Source of the DNA: the human T2T-CHM13v2.0 reference genome, Homo sapiens
Length of the DNA stretch: 64,000 bases
Strand: one strand, 5' to 3'
Assembly: GCF_009914755.1 (NCBI RefSeq)
Contig: NC_060925.1
Each line of letters opens with the position of its first letter. Position 1 is the first letter of the stretch. Shown here piece by piece: positions 1 to 15,100 of this stretch. A program made the translations under genes and the position numbers. The notes beneath the pieces are model-generated. The model ran no database searches. It was not told the DNA's origin and worked only from the letters and a program-made list of their open reading frames with translations.

Positions 1-954
1 CAACTGAAAGAAAGTTTGTTAAGAAGGCTCCCTTAAACAAAAGGTACAACTTATAAAATACACTGTTGTGGAAAGACAAGTATAGCTTCATTATCATATA
101 GATGTAAACAAGGCAGAGACTAGGCTAAAATAAAGTGTAAAATGTGAGTTTGTTAATTTTTCTTTCCCCGTGAACATTTGGCAGAGTTAAAATTTTAGCC
201 ATCATACATTTTATTCCCTGAAATGTATCAGTCACAGTTCCCACAGACTCTAGATACACATTTCCTTGTGGGTGTATGTGTAAAACTACCATAACAAAAC
301 ATTTTCTATTTCCTCATTTTGATTAAAAGGAAAGAAGAAATGCTAAACTGCACTTACATAAGTGACAGTGCAATAGTGACACACCATCTGTGTACACAAT
401 TTGTATTCTGTTTAAATTTAAAGTTATAATGATAAGGTGAGAAATGCTAAGAGCTAGGAAATAAAAATACACTTAGAAGCAGCCTATGTTGTACGCTCTT
501 GAAAAACCTTAAGGAAGCTTTAAAGAGCAGCAAAATCACTTCAGGCCACTCAGGAAGAACTATGGCTTGAGACATTAAAAATGGCTGAGGAAAAATACTA
601 AGAAATAGACATCAGAAAATTAAAAACGCCTGTAAACGAGGGTGACGTTATAGACCCACTAGCAGGACATATGAAAGTTGTGATGAGTTAAGCTGAGTCA
701 GACACATATTCCTGCCTATTTCACATGTATCAACATCCTGTCTAGGAACCAGGGACAACTGATTAACAATGTAAGCACAGAATAGCTTTAAGAAAAGCTA
801 ACTGACCCATCTGGGGAAAGAATACTCAAATTCTGCTCCATTTCTGTCATGCTCTGATGCAGCTAACCAAACAGAAATAAAGAGAATCCTTTCACATCAT
901 GAGAAATGAAATTCGGATTTAGGGACATTATAAAATTATGCGGTATCATGAAAT

Positions 955-1085
955 AAGAACTGCTCTGGAAATCAGAACCTGGGTTCTAGCTCTGGCTTTT
1001 CCATATACTAACCATATGGTCTAAAGGAATTCCCTTAAGCTATTTGAGACTGATTATTTTCATCTGTAAAACTAAAATAATGTAA
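955..1085 (+). mobile_element. MIR fragment
   Basis: ctctggaaatcagaacctgggttctagctctggc...tttcatctgtaaaa MIR core. Confidence 0.55.
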
Positions 1086-2039
1086 CCAGCCCTCCATTCT
1101 TACCAGAGTTCATTTGTGGCCCAAATAAATCATGTCTATTAAGGTGATTACAACCTAGATAGCATTATTTAATGTAAAATATTATTTTATAATAGCACAA
1201 TTCCCAGTCTAAAAATCTGTGAAACAGAAAATCCTTACCATCTAACCCAGAAATGATAAATGATTACATGATTCAAATTAGATCACAAACACCTATATTA
1301 TTATTAGATCCATTCCTCCAGCCCAAATGGGGGTGGTAAGTATACGTTGTTAGACCAGTGTAACTAACTTCAACAACTTTTTGTTTTGTTCTGTTTTGCA
1401 AATCCACCCAAGAATGCATTAACTTCAACAATTTTTTAAAAACAATTTCCACAATCCTCTCCTTGTGTCTCAACCATGCTCAGGAATTACAAGTACAATA
1501 ATCTCCTCAACCTCCCCTAGCCTTTCCTAGCTCAGAAATCCGACATAGGCCACTTCGCATGTCTGATCAGATAAGCTTTCCCAATGCTGAAAACCAACTG
1601 CTTCTAACCTTTTAAACCTGATTTCCATGAAAACTCAGGGGTGAAAGAAACAAATAATCCAACCAAATCAGTTCCTTCTTATTGAAAGAGTTCTTCATCT
1701 TTAATCTGAAATCCTAAATAATTTTTTCTATGAATCAATTGCTTCTGAGATGAGAGGTACAAGACACTACAAACTATGACCACACAAAAGATTTTTAAAA
1801 GCTTTTGATTCACAGTGAGTTAACCTACAAACTTGAAGTTACTAGACAATAGTACTTTTAGTCTACTCTTTAGGTGATCCATAATCTTGCATTGGCCATG
1901 AAGCAGAGCCTAAAGGGAGTCATTAAAAGAAACTGAAACAAGGTCTAGAGACAAATGTTCCCAGGCTATATATTCCAAAGGAGGAATTACCATGAAAGTA
2001 ATGAACTTTAAAGTTCAGGGGCCCCTACACTCGGGTGCC

Positions 2040-2225
2040 TATTCTGTGCCCAGAACCACGCAAGCACAATTAAATATGTTGCTTTCAATCTTTACAAACA
2101 ATCCTGCAAGTTAGATATTACTATTATTCCCATTATATAAATACGGGTACTGAGACTTAAAGAAGTTAAGTGGCTTGTCTAATATTCTTAGCTAGTACAA
2201 ATCAGAGCCCAGTCTCTCTGATTCC
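2040..2225 (-). mobile_element. MIR
   Basis: attattcccattatataaatacgggtactgagacttaaagaagttaagtggcttg, reverse MIR core. Confidence 0.55.
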
Positions 2226-4807
2226 AAAACTCACCAGCTATGCTAAAGCAAAAATCAAAAGGTAGTAGGGAAGGGTATCTAAAAGTCATTCTGAGAGATA
2301 ATTAAAAATAAATAATGTTTGCTGTCACTTATCTCTTTTACCTTCTTTAATATCCCTTGGCATCCTCTCCTTCAACATTCAACTATTGACTAACACAACT
2401 AAAACCTAAGGAGGAAGTCCAGTATGTTTGAAAGAACCCACATGTCTGAGCATGCAGGCGAAGGACTGTGTTTTAAAATAGCAGGGATAATCTAAGATTA
2501 GGTATTGGTGTCAAACACACTTCTCTTATCTATTAGTACAGATGACCACCAGTTTTCAGTAACAAAAGATATGGTAATAAGAAAAAACAAATCCAAAGAA
2601 AAGGAAAAAAACAAGCTTGTCTTTATGCTTGTTCTGTAATGATATGTGTAGAAATGCTACCCACAGTTAATTTCATAGTTCCTAAGCCAAGACAGGTTAG
2701 TACTGGGTAATTTTAATAATTGGCTATGTGCATTGTTCAGATGCTGAGGCATTCCAATCATTTTACATGGTCTCTTACATCACTTTCAGAATGGTACCAT
2801 AAGAACACAACTGTACAGTCAAGAAAAAGCTATTTGTAACTAAAACGGCTGGCATCAAACATTTCTGAACATAAATCTGGCTCTGAATTGCTAGTTGCAA
2901 TCTCTCTCAATTTTTTATTTAAAAAAATCCACACATTCATTCCTGGTCTTAATCTACTAAAGAATTTCTTTTGGGATCAAAAAGTAACAGGAAAGAATGC
3001 TAACCAACTTTCCTTGGATTACAACAAACATAATTCCATTCTTCTTCCCAGTTACAAAAAGATTTAAAAGAACTACAACTCTTCAAAATGGAAGTTTGCA
3101 ATTTAGATCATTCTCCTATTATGCAAATGTTCATTCAGAATTAAAATATTGTTTTAAAAAGTAAAATGTAAGTCAGTTTAGTGCACAAAATGTTTACATT
3201 AAATACAAAATTACACTATCTAAGGGACTACAGGATTCCACCAGACAATGGCATTATTTATTATGGTTAAGTATGTTGGCTTTGGATCAGGAAAGAGGGG
3301 TTCCAGTGACTGTTCTTTACCACTGACTGGCTAGGTGATCTGGATGAACATTCCTTAACTTTTCTGTAAACAAGAATCCTAACATCTATTTTAAGGACTA
3401 AAGGAAACAAGTAAAGTATTTTGTCCCCAAGCATCTGTCACATAATAAACCCTCAGAATATGGAAGCTACTGATAGTCACATAAACTTCATGAAAACAGA
3501 AACATTCATCTGTTTTGTTCACTCTATTAACAAGGAGGCATGACTTGATCAGTATTCATGCAAATACTTCCAGTTCCTCCAAAGTGACATTCATATTTAT
3601 CTATATTAACTACATCCAAATTCTGCTATCCTTCGTGTATACTTCTCTTTTATTATAAGCAGCTTCAGCTACTTTTATGGAAAGATTTAAATTATTGGAA
3701 AATATTTTAAGGGTATTTAAGTTAACATATGGACCATTTACATATTCTATAAACTGTGTGCTTACACATAATTATAAATATCTCAGACTGTAAAAGAAAA
3801 CCTTCCATAATGTTCCCACAATGGAAAAATAAAGTCTTAGAAATAATTATAGAGGGAGCAGAAGGGAGTGGCAGGTAGAGGATAACTTACTAAATCGGCA
3901 AAATAAAATTTGGAATTTTTTCTTAAAACAAAACAAAATAAAAACCTGACAACCACTTGTTCAAGGCTGCCAAAACTTGAGAAGAAGCAAACTGTCAAGG
4001 GAAACAAATGTTAAAATATAAAGCCCTTTTCTGAGAAAGTAACTCCACCAGTCCAGGTTAATCCAATTCTGAATCACTAATGACACCAGACCTGCCGGGC
4101 TGTCTCAACTACTACAAAGAAGTCCAAAGGGACAGGCAGAGGTTCACAGGCAAATTATTTTCACTGCTGTCATTGAAATTTTAAATATAGCCACACCTCT
4201 CCCATCCCAACACCCTTTCTACTCCTCTACTGTTGTTGACTGGCACTAACCCTTTTCAGACCTCAAAAAACAAGGGCCGACATATTGATACATAATTTGA
4301 GTACTGAGCATAGTGGAAAAATCACTTGACTAAAAGTCAAGAGATTGGATTCTGGCCCCAACCCTGACCCAGCTCTAGGTACTTGGGCCAGTCACTTTGC
4401 TTCTTTGGTTTTCTCTCTTTAAAACAAGGATGGATTAGATGGGTGGTTCCCCACACAAGATCCCAAAATCTCCAGGAGCCCCTGAGGTTGTAATAAAAGA
4501 CAATGGGATATTTTTATTATTTCAAAATGTCTAACAGAGATAGTTCATTAACTGCTTTAAGGCTAATTAAAACACCAAGTATTTTGGCTTCACATTAGTA
4601 CTCTGCATGGTGACACTGGATGGCATGTGATTATGTTTGTCATATCATAGGAAATTTGGAAACAAGAGTGTTAGACCTGATACTGTTCTCAAAGCTGTAC
4701 CTCAGAAAATCACAATATCTTTACTAAACATAACATCCAATCACAAATGTGTGGTTAATAAAAATTGGGAAAATGATTTAACACCTATCAATGCAACTTG
4801 CATAATA

Positions 4808-5175
4808 CAAGCATACCTTTGTGATATTGTGGCTTCAGCTCCAGCTCACCTCAATAAAGCAAACAGTACAATGAAGCAAGTCAGAAATTTTTTGGTTCCC
4901 CAGTGCATACAAAAGTTATGTTTACAGTATACTCTAGTCCATTAAGCATGCAACAGCATTATGTCTAAAGCATAATGCATATACCTGAGTTTAAAAATAC
5001 TTTATTGCTAAAAAATACTGACACAGGGACATATAGTGAGTATATGCTATTGGAAAAAATGGTGCTGATACATTTGCTCGACATAGGGTTGCCACAAACT
5101 TTCAATTTGTAAAAAATAAAACAAAATCTGTGAAGCACAATAAAAGGGAACACAAAATAAAATAAGGTATGCCTA
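4808..5175 (-). mobile_element. Internally deleted Tigger1 (TcMar) DNA transposon with both termini
   Basis: TIR-like ends caagcatacct...aggtatgccta, flanking TA dinucleotides (4806-4807, 5176-5177), Tigger1 motifs gggttgccacaaactttcaatttgtaaaaaa and ccagtgcatacaaaagttatgtttaca. Confidence 0.8.
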
Positions 5176-6443
5176 TAGATAAAATCTCCCCAAACTGAAA
5201 GTGTACCTCATTAAGGGAAAAGACTCAAATATGAAACCCTTAAATAATTATTAGATCACAGGAAACCAGTGAACAATCCACAGGCTGCAAAGATGATGTT
5301 CCTATTTCCTCATGAAGGTTCCCAATCACTCATCCACTTTTGATTAAAGAAAAGTGAATGCACCAAGAAGCCAGTCTGTACTGCAACATAAAATAACACC
5401 AATACCAACAATAACTACTATTTACTGCACTTTAACTATGTGCCTGGTACTGTCCAATGAATCTAACATTTATTAACTGATATTATCTTCATAACAACTC
5501 CAAAATATACTGCTACTATCTTTATTTTTAAAATAATAAAATTGAGGCACACCATGCTTCAGAAACTAGCCCAAAGACACGGGGCTAGTAAATTTAGAGC
5601 AAGGCTTGTATGTTTTCCAACCTTCTCCCCACCAAAGCTGGCATCTGCCTTTCAAAAAGATGTCTCCATAAATACAAACAGGAATGCCCCAAGCAGAGCC
5701 CAGAGGAGAAGGGCCATTGCTCCTGAGAGCAGTCCTCTGAAGAGTTCATCACTGTGGCCCTTTTCGGCTTAAAGATTCATCCTTAATGGAAACTCCCCTC
5801 TTTTCCCTCCAAATTATATTTGCTTGTCCTGGTAATGGAAATCAACTGATAGAAGGTTAAAAGCCATCAATGTATCGGTCAGCTAATGTCCATCCACTTC
5901 TTACTTATTCAGAAGATACAAAAGAGTTCTAACTGGCTGACCCTTCAAAGAAGGTAGTTTTTTAAATTAATTTTTACTTATACATATCATAAAAATAGGC
6001 ATCTGCAGTATCCTGGAATGAGTGAGGGTTATGGAGACAGATCTAGCTCTGAATCTCGACTAAGCCACTTACTAATTGCATTATCCTATGCAAGTTAGAA
6101 GCCCCAGTTTCCCTAAATACCTACCCCTGTCTCTTAGGGTTGTTGCAAAGTGTTAAGTGTATGAATGTACATAAAACACCATGATTTATTGCAGCGGCCC
6201 TAGAGCCAGACAGGGGTTTGAATCCTGGCTACACCCCTCACTAACCATAGGCCAACATCCAAAGCTGTGAACCTAAGTTCCAAATTCCTTACCTATAATG
6301 TAGAAAAATATTGTCTACTCCAAAGGATAGCCATATGAATTAAATAAAGCAATATTTGCAAAGCCCCTAGCAGAATGACAGACACATAATAATAAAAATC
6401 AAAAAAGAAAAAAAAATCTGATGTTTAAAAAATCAAGCTGCAA

Positions 6444-6756
<313 letters not shown>

Positions 6757-8626
6757 TTAAGTACCAGCTCTGTCACTTATTATGTAGGGGTAAACAATGT
6801 ATACAAGTCACCTAGCCCCTGTGAGGCTCCATTTCCACCAAGTTTGTGAGGATTAAAGGAGATCATTGTGTAAGAATACTCTATAAACTATAAATTTCCA
6901 ACAGAAATGTTGGAGGTTGTTTGATTCTACAGAAGCAATTTTTATATTAATTGTATTTACTGGTCCTTCCAAACAATATCTTCATCTTTAAAATGGAAAA
7001 AACTGAGGCAGAGAAATGTTGAGCCATAGAGGGAAGGCTACTGGTTTGAAATGTAGGGTGGAGACAAGGGCTGGGCCAAAATAAATTTAGACCAGGACAA
7101 AGCAGAAAATTTCTGAAAGCTTCAAAGGAGAAAAATGAGAATACTCATCAACCTATGTTTTTAATCAACAGCTTCACCTGCTGGTTAAGCCTCTCAGTGC
7201 ACAGTGTGGGCATAATAATTCTCTTACTTCCTCCCAGAAACAGTATTAGACTTCAGAGTGAGAAAGAACTTCACTATCAAATCTCTTTTCCTATTCATAA
7301 ATTAATTTTGGGATGGGGCACAGAAACAAAGACCAGTGGACATAAATCTGAGTCTCAGTCTAACTGGCGTTTTCTGAACTACACCATTAAAAAAAAAAAA
7401 AGAAAATATTGTAATCCTTCAAATAGGTTTCCTTCCTTGGTTGATCAGAAATGTCCTCATTCCCCAGGTCTCTTCATGCTAAATATGGTAATAGCTGGCA
7501 GACAGCCAGCCCAGTAAATTCCAATGATACTTAAGAAAGCATTCATATGGCCTGAAATTACTCTGAACCAAACACTTGAGACCTGCAGGGCTTCAGCATA
7601 GAGCAGTTCAGCTGGAGCAACGAATGTCAAAACCAGCGGGGTGCCTTAAAAACACAAAAGCTTGGAAAAAAAGCAATCTACTCTTCTTTATTGCTACTTT
7701 CTTTAGCAACAACATTGATCTCCTACCCACTATGCACACAGCACTGCACTAGGGCAGTGAGAGGCTGGACGGAGGAATGGAAGAAACAGGTGGTGTCCAT
7801 GGGTTGCCAAAACAACAGGTTGCTTCAGTCAGTTCTGTCCTACAACTAATCAATTTGGTGAGGAAAGGGGGAGAGAATCTTAGTCATCTTGTTCTCTGAC
7901 CAAGCTATCTGGCTAGACCCACTGTACTGGCATTTATCCATTAGGTCAAAGTGTCAGAATTAGCAGTGCATGGTAGACATAGCATTAGTCCTGCCTTTCA
8001 GGGATGTTAAATGCTTCAAAAATCTTGGCTATCTAGAAAAGGAGGACAGTAGCCGATTACGTCACCCACCCAAAATCATGTATTTGACTCCAGAATACAC
8101 TGCTTTTCTCCAACATATTTTTTTATTAAGTATTAAAGTAAATGTCAATTTCCTAGACATATACAGCTGAAAGCATGCTGATTTACGATACAGTCAGATA
8201 AGAACTTTCAAGTAGCTACAGAAAATAGCAGTTAACAAATGAATTAACCAATATCATTAGAAACCAAAGGATTAAAAAAAATTAACCTATGAAATGAACA
8301 ATTTTTATATCAACATTGGTAGCAATTTGATGTTATGTTATATACTGCTAATTATTTCCATACATATTGTGACATATTTAAGACAAAAGACTAACACCCT
8401 TAATATTTAAAGAGCTTTTTCAAACCAGTAAGAAAATAATTAAATGAGTAAAAGACACAATTTACAAAAGAAGTAGGAAAAAAGGCAATACAAACGCCAC
8501 TGATGATATGAAAAAACATTCAATATCACTGTAATGAGAGAGGCATATTAAGATTAAGTAATATTTACCACTTATCAAATGGTAAAGATTTTTAAAAATA
8601 AAACCTAGTGTTGACAATAGTATATT

Positions 8627-8669
8627 ATGTGTGTGTGCATATATATATATGTAGATCTGTTCATAAACT

Positions 8670-8697
<28 letters not shown>
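8627..8697. repeat. Compound (TG)n/(TA)n/A-run microsatellite
   Basis: atgtgtgtgtgcatatatatatat...aaaaaaaaaaaatatatatatatatata. Confidence 0.7.
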
Positions 8698-8700
<3 letters not shown>

Positions 8701-11700
8701 TAAATCAACAGCTTTTCTAAATCTAAGGGTAAAAAAACCAAAGACGTATACCAAAAAATTAATGGCAGCATGATTGTGGACATTTTATTTATGCTTTTCT
8801 AGATTCTTCAAACATCCTTAACTACTTTTTCAAACATAATTACTTTTTATATTACAAAAATAAAAAAATCTTGTAAAGGTGCCAGAGAAAATCAGCAAAG
8901 TATAAATATGAGTTAATTATCTGTAAACATAACGAATAATTCTGTTGCTACGTAAACCTACCTTAAACTGTTTCAATGTTTGCTTTTAGTTACAACTATT
9001 TTCCTTAACTCTCTTAGAAAGAATATGTCAGAGAAGCCACTACATATTACTTACTTTAAATAGTAACATAATGCCAAAGACTTGCATGAATCTCAGGATA
9101 CGGTCTTTTACCTAAAATTCCTCATGAAGATTAGAATGCACTTTAAATGTTGTAATAAAGTAAATGCCCTTAATGTTTCTAACTAAAGAAGATCTAGCAA
9201 ATAAATAAACCCATATTCACAGCAAATAAAAATATAATAAAATAATCGAAATACACATGTCCTCAAACTTCAATGTGTCTTGACAGCGTCTGAACCAAAG
9301 CATGTGTAAGGAGAGAATTAAACAAAAATGTCTTTGCTACTTACCACATTTACCATTTAGAGAAGTTAATATATCAGCACTATCTAGTTTTGTGATTATT
9401 CATACTTAGAAACTCAACAGAATAGATTAGTGAGTAAACAGTATTCAATTATTCTTATTTGAATGTTGGTTAGGTATACCAATAGAACAACCTCTCCCTG
9501 CTAGGTACCCGTTAAAATAGATTATTGAAAATATTTGAGGCTTAAAAACTTCCAGAATCTTCTCACACAAAAAAAGATGAAAATAAAAAGAGATGAAAAA
9601 GAAGCAAACAACAATTTTAAAACGTGCCTGCCTCAGAACAAGGCAGTTTATTTTAGAATGTAACCACAGCTTCTTGTACAACACCTTATTCATCAAGCAC
9701 AACTGTATTTTAAAGGAATGCTATTTGTTAAAAAGACAACATATTTAGGATAAGGTATCTAACTCCAACCACAATATTATCATCATGTTTTCCTTACTTC
9801 ACAAAATACACACATACATTCATCATATGAATAAACATATATAATAAGGGTGAGAGAGCTACTCTTAACCCAGAAACAGGTTCTGCAACACCCATAGATC
9901 CAACCTGTCGTTATGCAACAATGAGTCCATCTTGGCAAGATGTTTGGCTGATGTATTCAAATAACCCAGAGTTCTGCCAGCTGCCAGTATCCTGCAGAAG
10001 GAACTGACTCAGAGACCAGAAACTGCCCTAGGCAAGCCTCCAGGGAAAGGTGCTTCAGTCCAATGGGAAGAAAAACCCAGCCCCTCACTGCCTGGCCAGA
10101 GGACCCGGGGTACCATGGCTGGAGCGACGTAGCTGGCTGGAAATGCGAGAGGGGCAAGGGACACTAAGGTGAACCCCCAAGAGCTTGTTCAATCATACCT
10201 AGTAAAGGCCAAACTATTGGGGAGCTAGTAGAACAGGGTTTTGCCAAGACAAGTACAAAAGGGTGAGGGAGATATTAGTATGATTAATCAATGCCACCTG
10301 AGGCAGCAACTCTGGGTGTGTCCACACCACACTTCGGTCACTGCCTGGCTGTGACGAGAAGTTCCTTCAGCCACTGCCACTGAGAACTGCATCTTCCAAG
10401 GAAGATATTTCCACCATAACTTGTCCTAGTTCAGGCTTGGCATTCGGGACTAAGAACACAGCACTCTCTCTTGCCGCAAACCCACTAACAGACATAATAG
10501 ACACCACAACATGTGCCAAATTTATATTTACACCCTCACCAGACAAAGGGGTTTTTGTCTTTTCCCCAAGCCAGGTTCTAATACTTCTAAATTACAACAC
10601 AGAAAGAGGAAAATGGCAGACAGCTCACGACAGCAGACAAGCCCAGCAAGGGTGAGCTGGAGGTCGCCTTTCCCTGGTGGTATTAAGACCTGAAGTTTAC
10701 TCCCAAGACCCTATAGCTCTGAGTCACCCTGACTGCAGGAAACTGCTTTCAGAGAGCATAGATAAATGATAAAATAACTGTATTTCATATTCCTAATTGT
10801 GTGCTTATCTGTCTTGTCTCCATGATGATGTCAGCTCCTTGGGAGCAGGACCATATTTTCTACTTGGTCAATGATTCCCACACATCTAGAAGAGTAGAAT
10901 ACCCTGTACTTGCTACCACATGATGCCAAGGGAAGCACACAAATTAAGTGTGACAACACACCACAATGCTCCCCCAATACACCACTAAGACAGCAGAGCT
11001 ACAAAGATAGCAAATGTTAGTGCCAAGGGCTAGTGATCCTACCAGTGAATTACATGGAAACCTATGTATTTACATACACAAATTAATACAATAATTCCTT
11101 TGCTTTTCTTATTCCAAGCTATGGCTTTATCATCCCCCTTTCTTGGCTTTACTCTCCTTTTTAAGACCACAATGTATGTTCTGCCATACAGATAATATTC
11201 TCCTCAAAAAAGAGAGACAGGAGAAAAAACAGATCTACGGCAAACCTCCTACCACTACCAGTGATGCAGTTTGTCCCGTCTCAAGCCTATGAGCATATCC
11301 TTTCAGATCTGAAGCCACTTCCTTCTTCCTATCAAGGACAGTATTATCAAGTGTCTTTGTGAGAGGAGCAATCCTGTGCCCCTTCTTGCAGATTGTTTTG
11401 TTCTGCTCAAGAAGCCCTAGATTCCTCCTTTATTTTCCTTTCCTTATTTCATTTGCTGCAGCAGCCCAGAAACCCCAAAAGCAGGACCACCAGAAATGAG
11501 TGACCTTTATATCTCTCCACACTAACACATCTGAGGGAAACTGCCGACACCAAATATGTGTTCATGAGCTAATGAAGCAGAAATCCTCAAAGGAAGCACC
11601 ATTTGCAACGGCTGAGGACAGAATTCTTTAGTGGACACCAAAAAGGCTGTGGAACTCCTATGCATTCTAACATCTCAGGTAACATTCTAATGGAGGAATA

Positions 11701-11961
11701 AGGAGGCTTACAACAAAGTCATACAACACAAACAGAAGTCCGAAAATGCTGGATTTCGCAAATTTCTTTTAAGACAAAACAAACAACTTTACTAACCTTA
11801 TACCATAGCAGCTTTCTTCTCTGTACTAAGTGAGGCCAGCAAGTAGGAGGCATTTCCAAGGGGGAAAAATGACCACAGGATCTAGCCAAAGCAACCTGTC
11901 TCTAATACTCTCAAAAAACAAACAAACAAAAACAAACACTTTGATTTCCCAGATTCACTCT

Positions 11962-12112
11962 GCAGTGATTCTAAAACTTTCCTAATGTAAGAATCACCTG
12001 GCTATTTCTTGAACACACAAATTCCCAGATGACATTCCAGATGCACTGAATCAGAATCTCCATGAGAACACCTGAGCTATTCTTATCATAAGAGAGGTTA
12101 GGGAAACACTGC
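11962..12112. mobile_element. MER5-like (hAT-Charlie) relic
   Basis: gcagtgattctaaaactt...aagaatcacctgg...actgaatcagaatctc...gggaaacactgc. Confidence 0.55.
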
Positions 12113-15100
12113 TTGATAAATGTTATTCTCCCACCAGTGCCCACCTGTGCAGGGAGGTATGAAACAAGTAGGGCTAAGATGCTTTACCTGAGCAATCACC
12201 CCAGACATGCTCCTCACTGGGTTTGACTCCTTTTATGGAGAGCTGGGTGTCAGCTCAGTAAAGTCTACAGACAAGCATCTCTTTGGGTCCCTATCACCTG
12301 CACAGGTCTCAGGACTCTGAGACAAATTTCTGAGTAGATGTCAATGAGGACAAGTCATGAGGAGATGGATTACAGCTGAATATAAGAAGATCTTTCTAAG
12401 AATTAGAGCTGGCCAAAGATGGAATAAACTGCTGTGGAGAGCTGTCTACCACAAGAGATGTTCAAGAAGAGAGAAAATATGGTACCTCTTGACTAGAATG
12501 TTGTAAACATCAGATCCAGCATGGGATGGACAGAAAGACTAGATGAATTTTAAAGTTCCCGCCAATGCATAAGTCAACAAAGAGGAAAATTTCAGCCACT
12601 CCTTAATTAATTAAAAGAGATAGCAAAAAAAGTCTGTGGGTGGGGTCAGCTTTCAACTGATCCTATCTCTTCAAAGGAAAAAAGAACATAGAAACACACT
12701 CCAACTCACCATCAGCCTCTCCTATAGAATGTTCTAAAGGTGGGAAAGCAGGAGTCACAGATGCTGTGACTAAGACCTGCCGCTCAGTTGACTCTGAATT
12801 TGGGGCACATGCCAGACAAGTTCTGTAGTACAGAGAAGAAATGTGTGTAGCACAGACCTGGCCCTCAAGGATCAAAATCATGTGGCAGAGACAACTCAAC
12901 ACCATGTGATTCTCTCAAATATTTATTCATCATATTTCACCCTTAGTTTTTGTCAGTAGGGTGTTCAGGGGACTCTCTTGGTTCAAAAAAAAAAAAAGCA
13001 AATATACTTTACTAAATGTACATATTCTCTCAATCCAGTACAAGTTTGCAATATCCAACTCAATGAAAAAAATCTCAAAAAAAATTATCAAAATAAATAT
13101 AAACTTAGTTAACTCTAATTTTAAAAATAGTATTCCAAAAATGACTAGTCCCCAAAATGATGAAATTACAATAAGGTGTGGCTATTCTGGACAAAATAAC
13201 AGAAATTGCTGGCCTAGTAATACAGTAATACAGGGAGCAGTGGAAGCAAACTTGAATGAGAGGCAGGGGGTGGATGGCAGTGCCTTTGAAGTGAGATTCC
13301 AAAGTCAAAGTGACCTTTATAAATTGCAGAAGTGATCAGAAAAAGAAAGAAAGAAACCCCACACACAAAGAAATTCAAAATTACAAGTTTAAATGAAACA
13401 TCTGGGGAAGGGAAAAATTTGGTTTTTCCCCAAATGTAAGGTAAGCATGACTCCTGCAAATACTATTTTTAAAATGTCTAGGAGTACCACAGTTGTCCAA
13501 AATAAGAAAGTGGCTAAAAATAATTGTTCGACTGAACAAGTATTTATTGTGTGCCTATTAGATACCAAGGCATCATGCCAGGTACAGGGGTAGGGTATGG
13601 GCATTAGAATAAACACATAAATGAAAATACACGATTCCTTCCTCATGTACGCATTAACAATAAGCACTTGAGGATGTTATAAGAGTTTTTGTGCACATAA
13701 GCGCATTTGTACACGAGATGGAAGCAATGTGGACAGTGAATGAGGCACTGGACACCAGAAGAAAGGAATTCTAGTCTCAACTCTAATTGGCTCTGTGACC
13801 ATGAACAATGAACATCAGAAAATGGAGGACCAAAACAGTGGCTCTCCTACAAGGTCACCAAACCAATTAATAACAGACCTGGAGAAGAATTCTGGTCTTC
13901 TGGCTCCTAGTTCAGTGATCTGTCCAAAATACTACACATATGGTAGACTGACAAAGAAAGAAAAGAAGACCTTTTGGTTTCAAGACATTTGCAGAGAAAG
14001 GGGGGGAAACAAAAACAGGAAAATCAGGAAAGGGTGGAAGGAAAATTAATAGTTCAAATTTAGGCATTCGAACTGAGACATCAAGAAAGGAAGCATGTAA
14101 CTATGGACTGTGAACACAATATAAAGAAAATGATGTAAAATTTCTTATATCCTTATTCAAATCACGCCTTGCAGTTTTTTACTCTAAAATCATTGCAGAC
14201 GTATATAGATAAAGGGTCAAAAAACAACATGTATGAATGACATTTAAGGAAAAAGAGATAACAGAAGAAAAGGGAAAAGGAGAGGTAGAGAATTTATTAT
14301 ATCATCTAAATATATGAAGCCCTTCTAAAGGGTCAATGCAGACATACTGCACCCAGATAAGCAGAAGAAATGACATTATATTCTATATCTCTTACGTTAG
14401 CAATTTTAAAATTCTTGAGTCAGAAGTGTTAAACACTGGAATGACTAAGGTTACATTTGTTATGGAAATTTCTTAAATTTAGAAAGACCTCATACACACA
14501 CCTGAAGGTAAAAAAAAAATGTACTTAATCAGTGGGTTGCAACCAAGTTACTTGTCAGAATCACCTGTAAACCTTGAAAAAATATGGATTCTCAAACTTA
14601 CCTTATCAGAATCCCTGGGTGCTGAGTCCAAGATCCACCCCAACAGATTTTGATGTAGCCAGGACACAGAGTTTTTTTCTACCATAATGGGAGAGGTAGG
14701 GAGGAGGATCACTAGGAATGGCAACACAGAGTGGGAACTAGATCAATGCAAATTTTGTGGGCAAAATAGAATTTCTGTGGGTGTGATATTTTTAAAATGT
14801 ATTGTAAGGCTGCTCTGAACCATCCAAGCATATCCCACTGAATTTAAACATTCTCTAAAGGTCCTGAAGTCAGCAACTACAATCCAGGTGAACCAAAAGT
14901 TGCTTCTCTATGTCATAGAAGCCTACAGGAGAGGCAGTAGGGTGGGAATGGAGCAGAGAGATCCCAAGAAGTTATGGGTAAATATTTTTTAAATCTAAAC
15001 ATTCAGAAAAATAAGAGAGACTAGGAATCACTCTCCTCCTCCTCTCCACCACACCAAAAAAAAAGGAATAATAAGAAAGTGAAAGGAAAAATAGTTTTAG

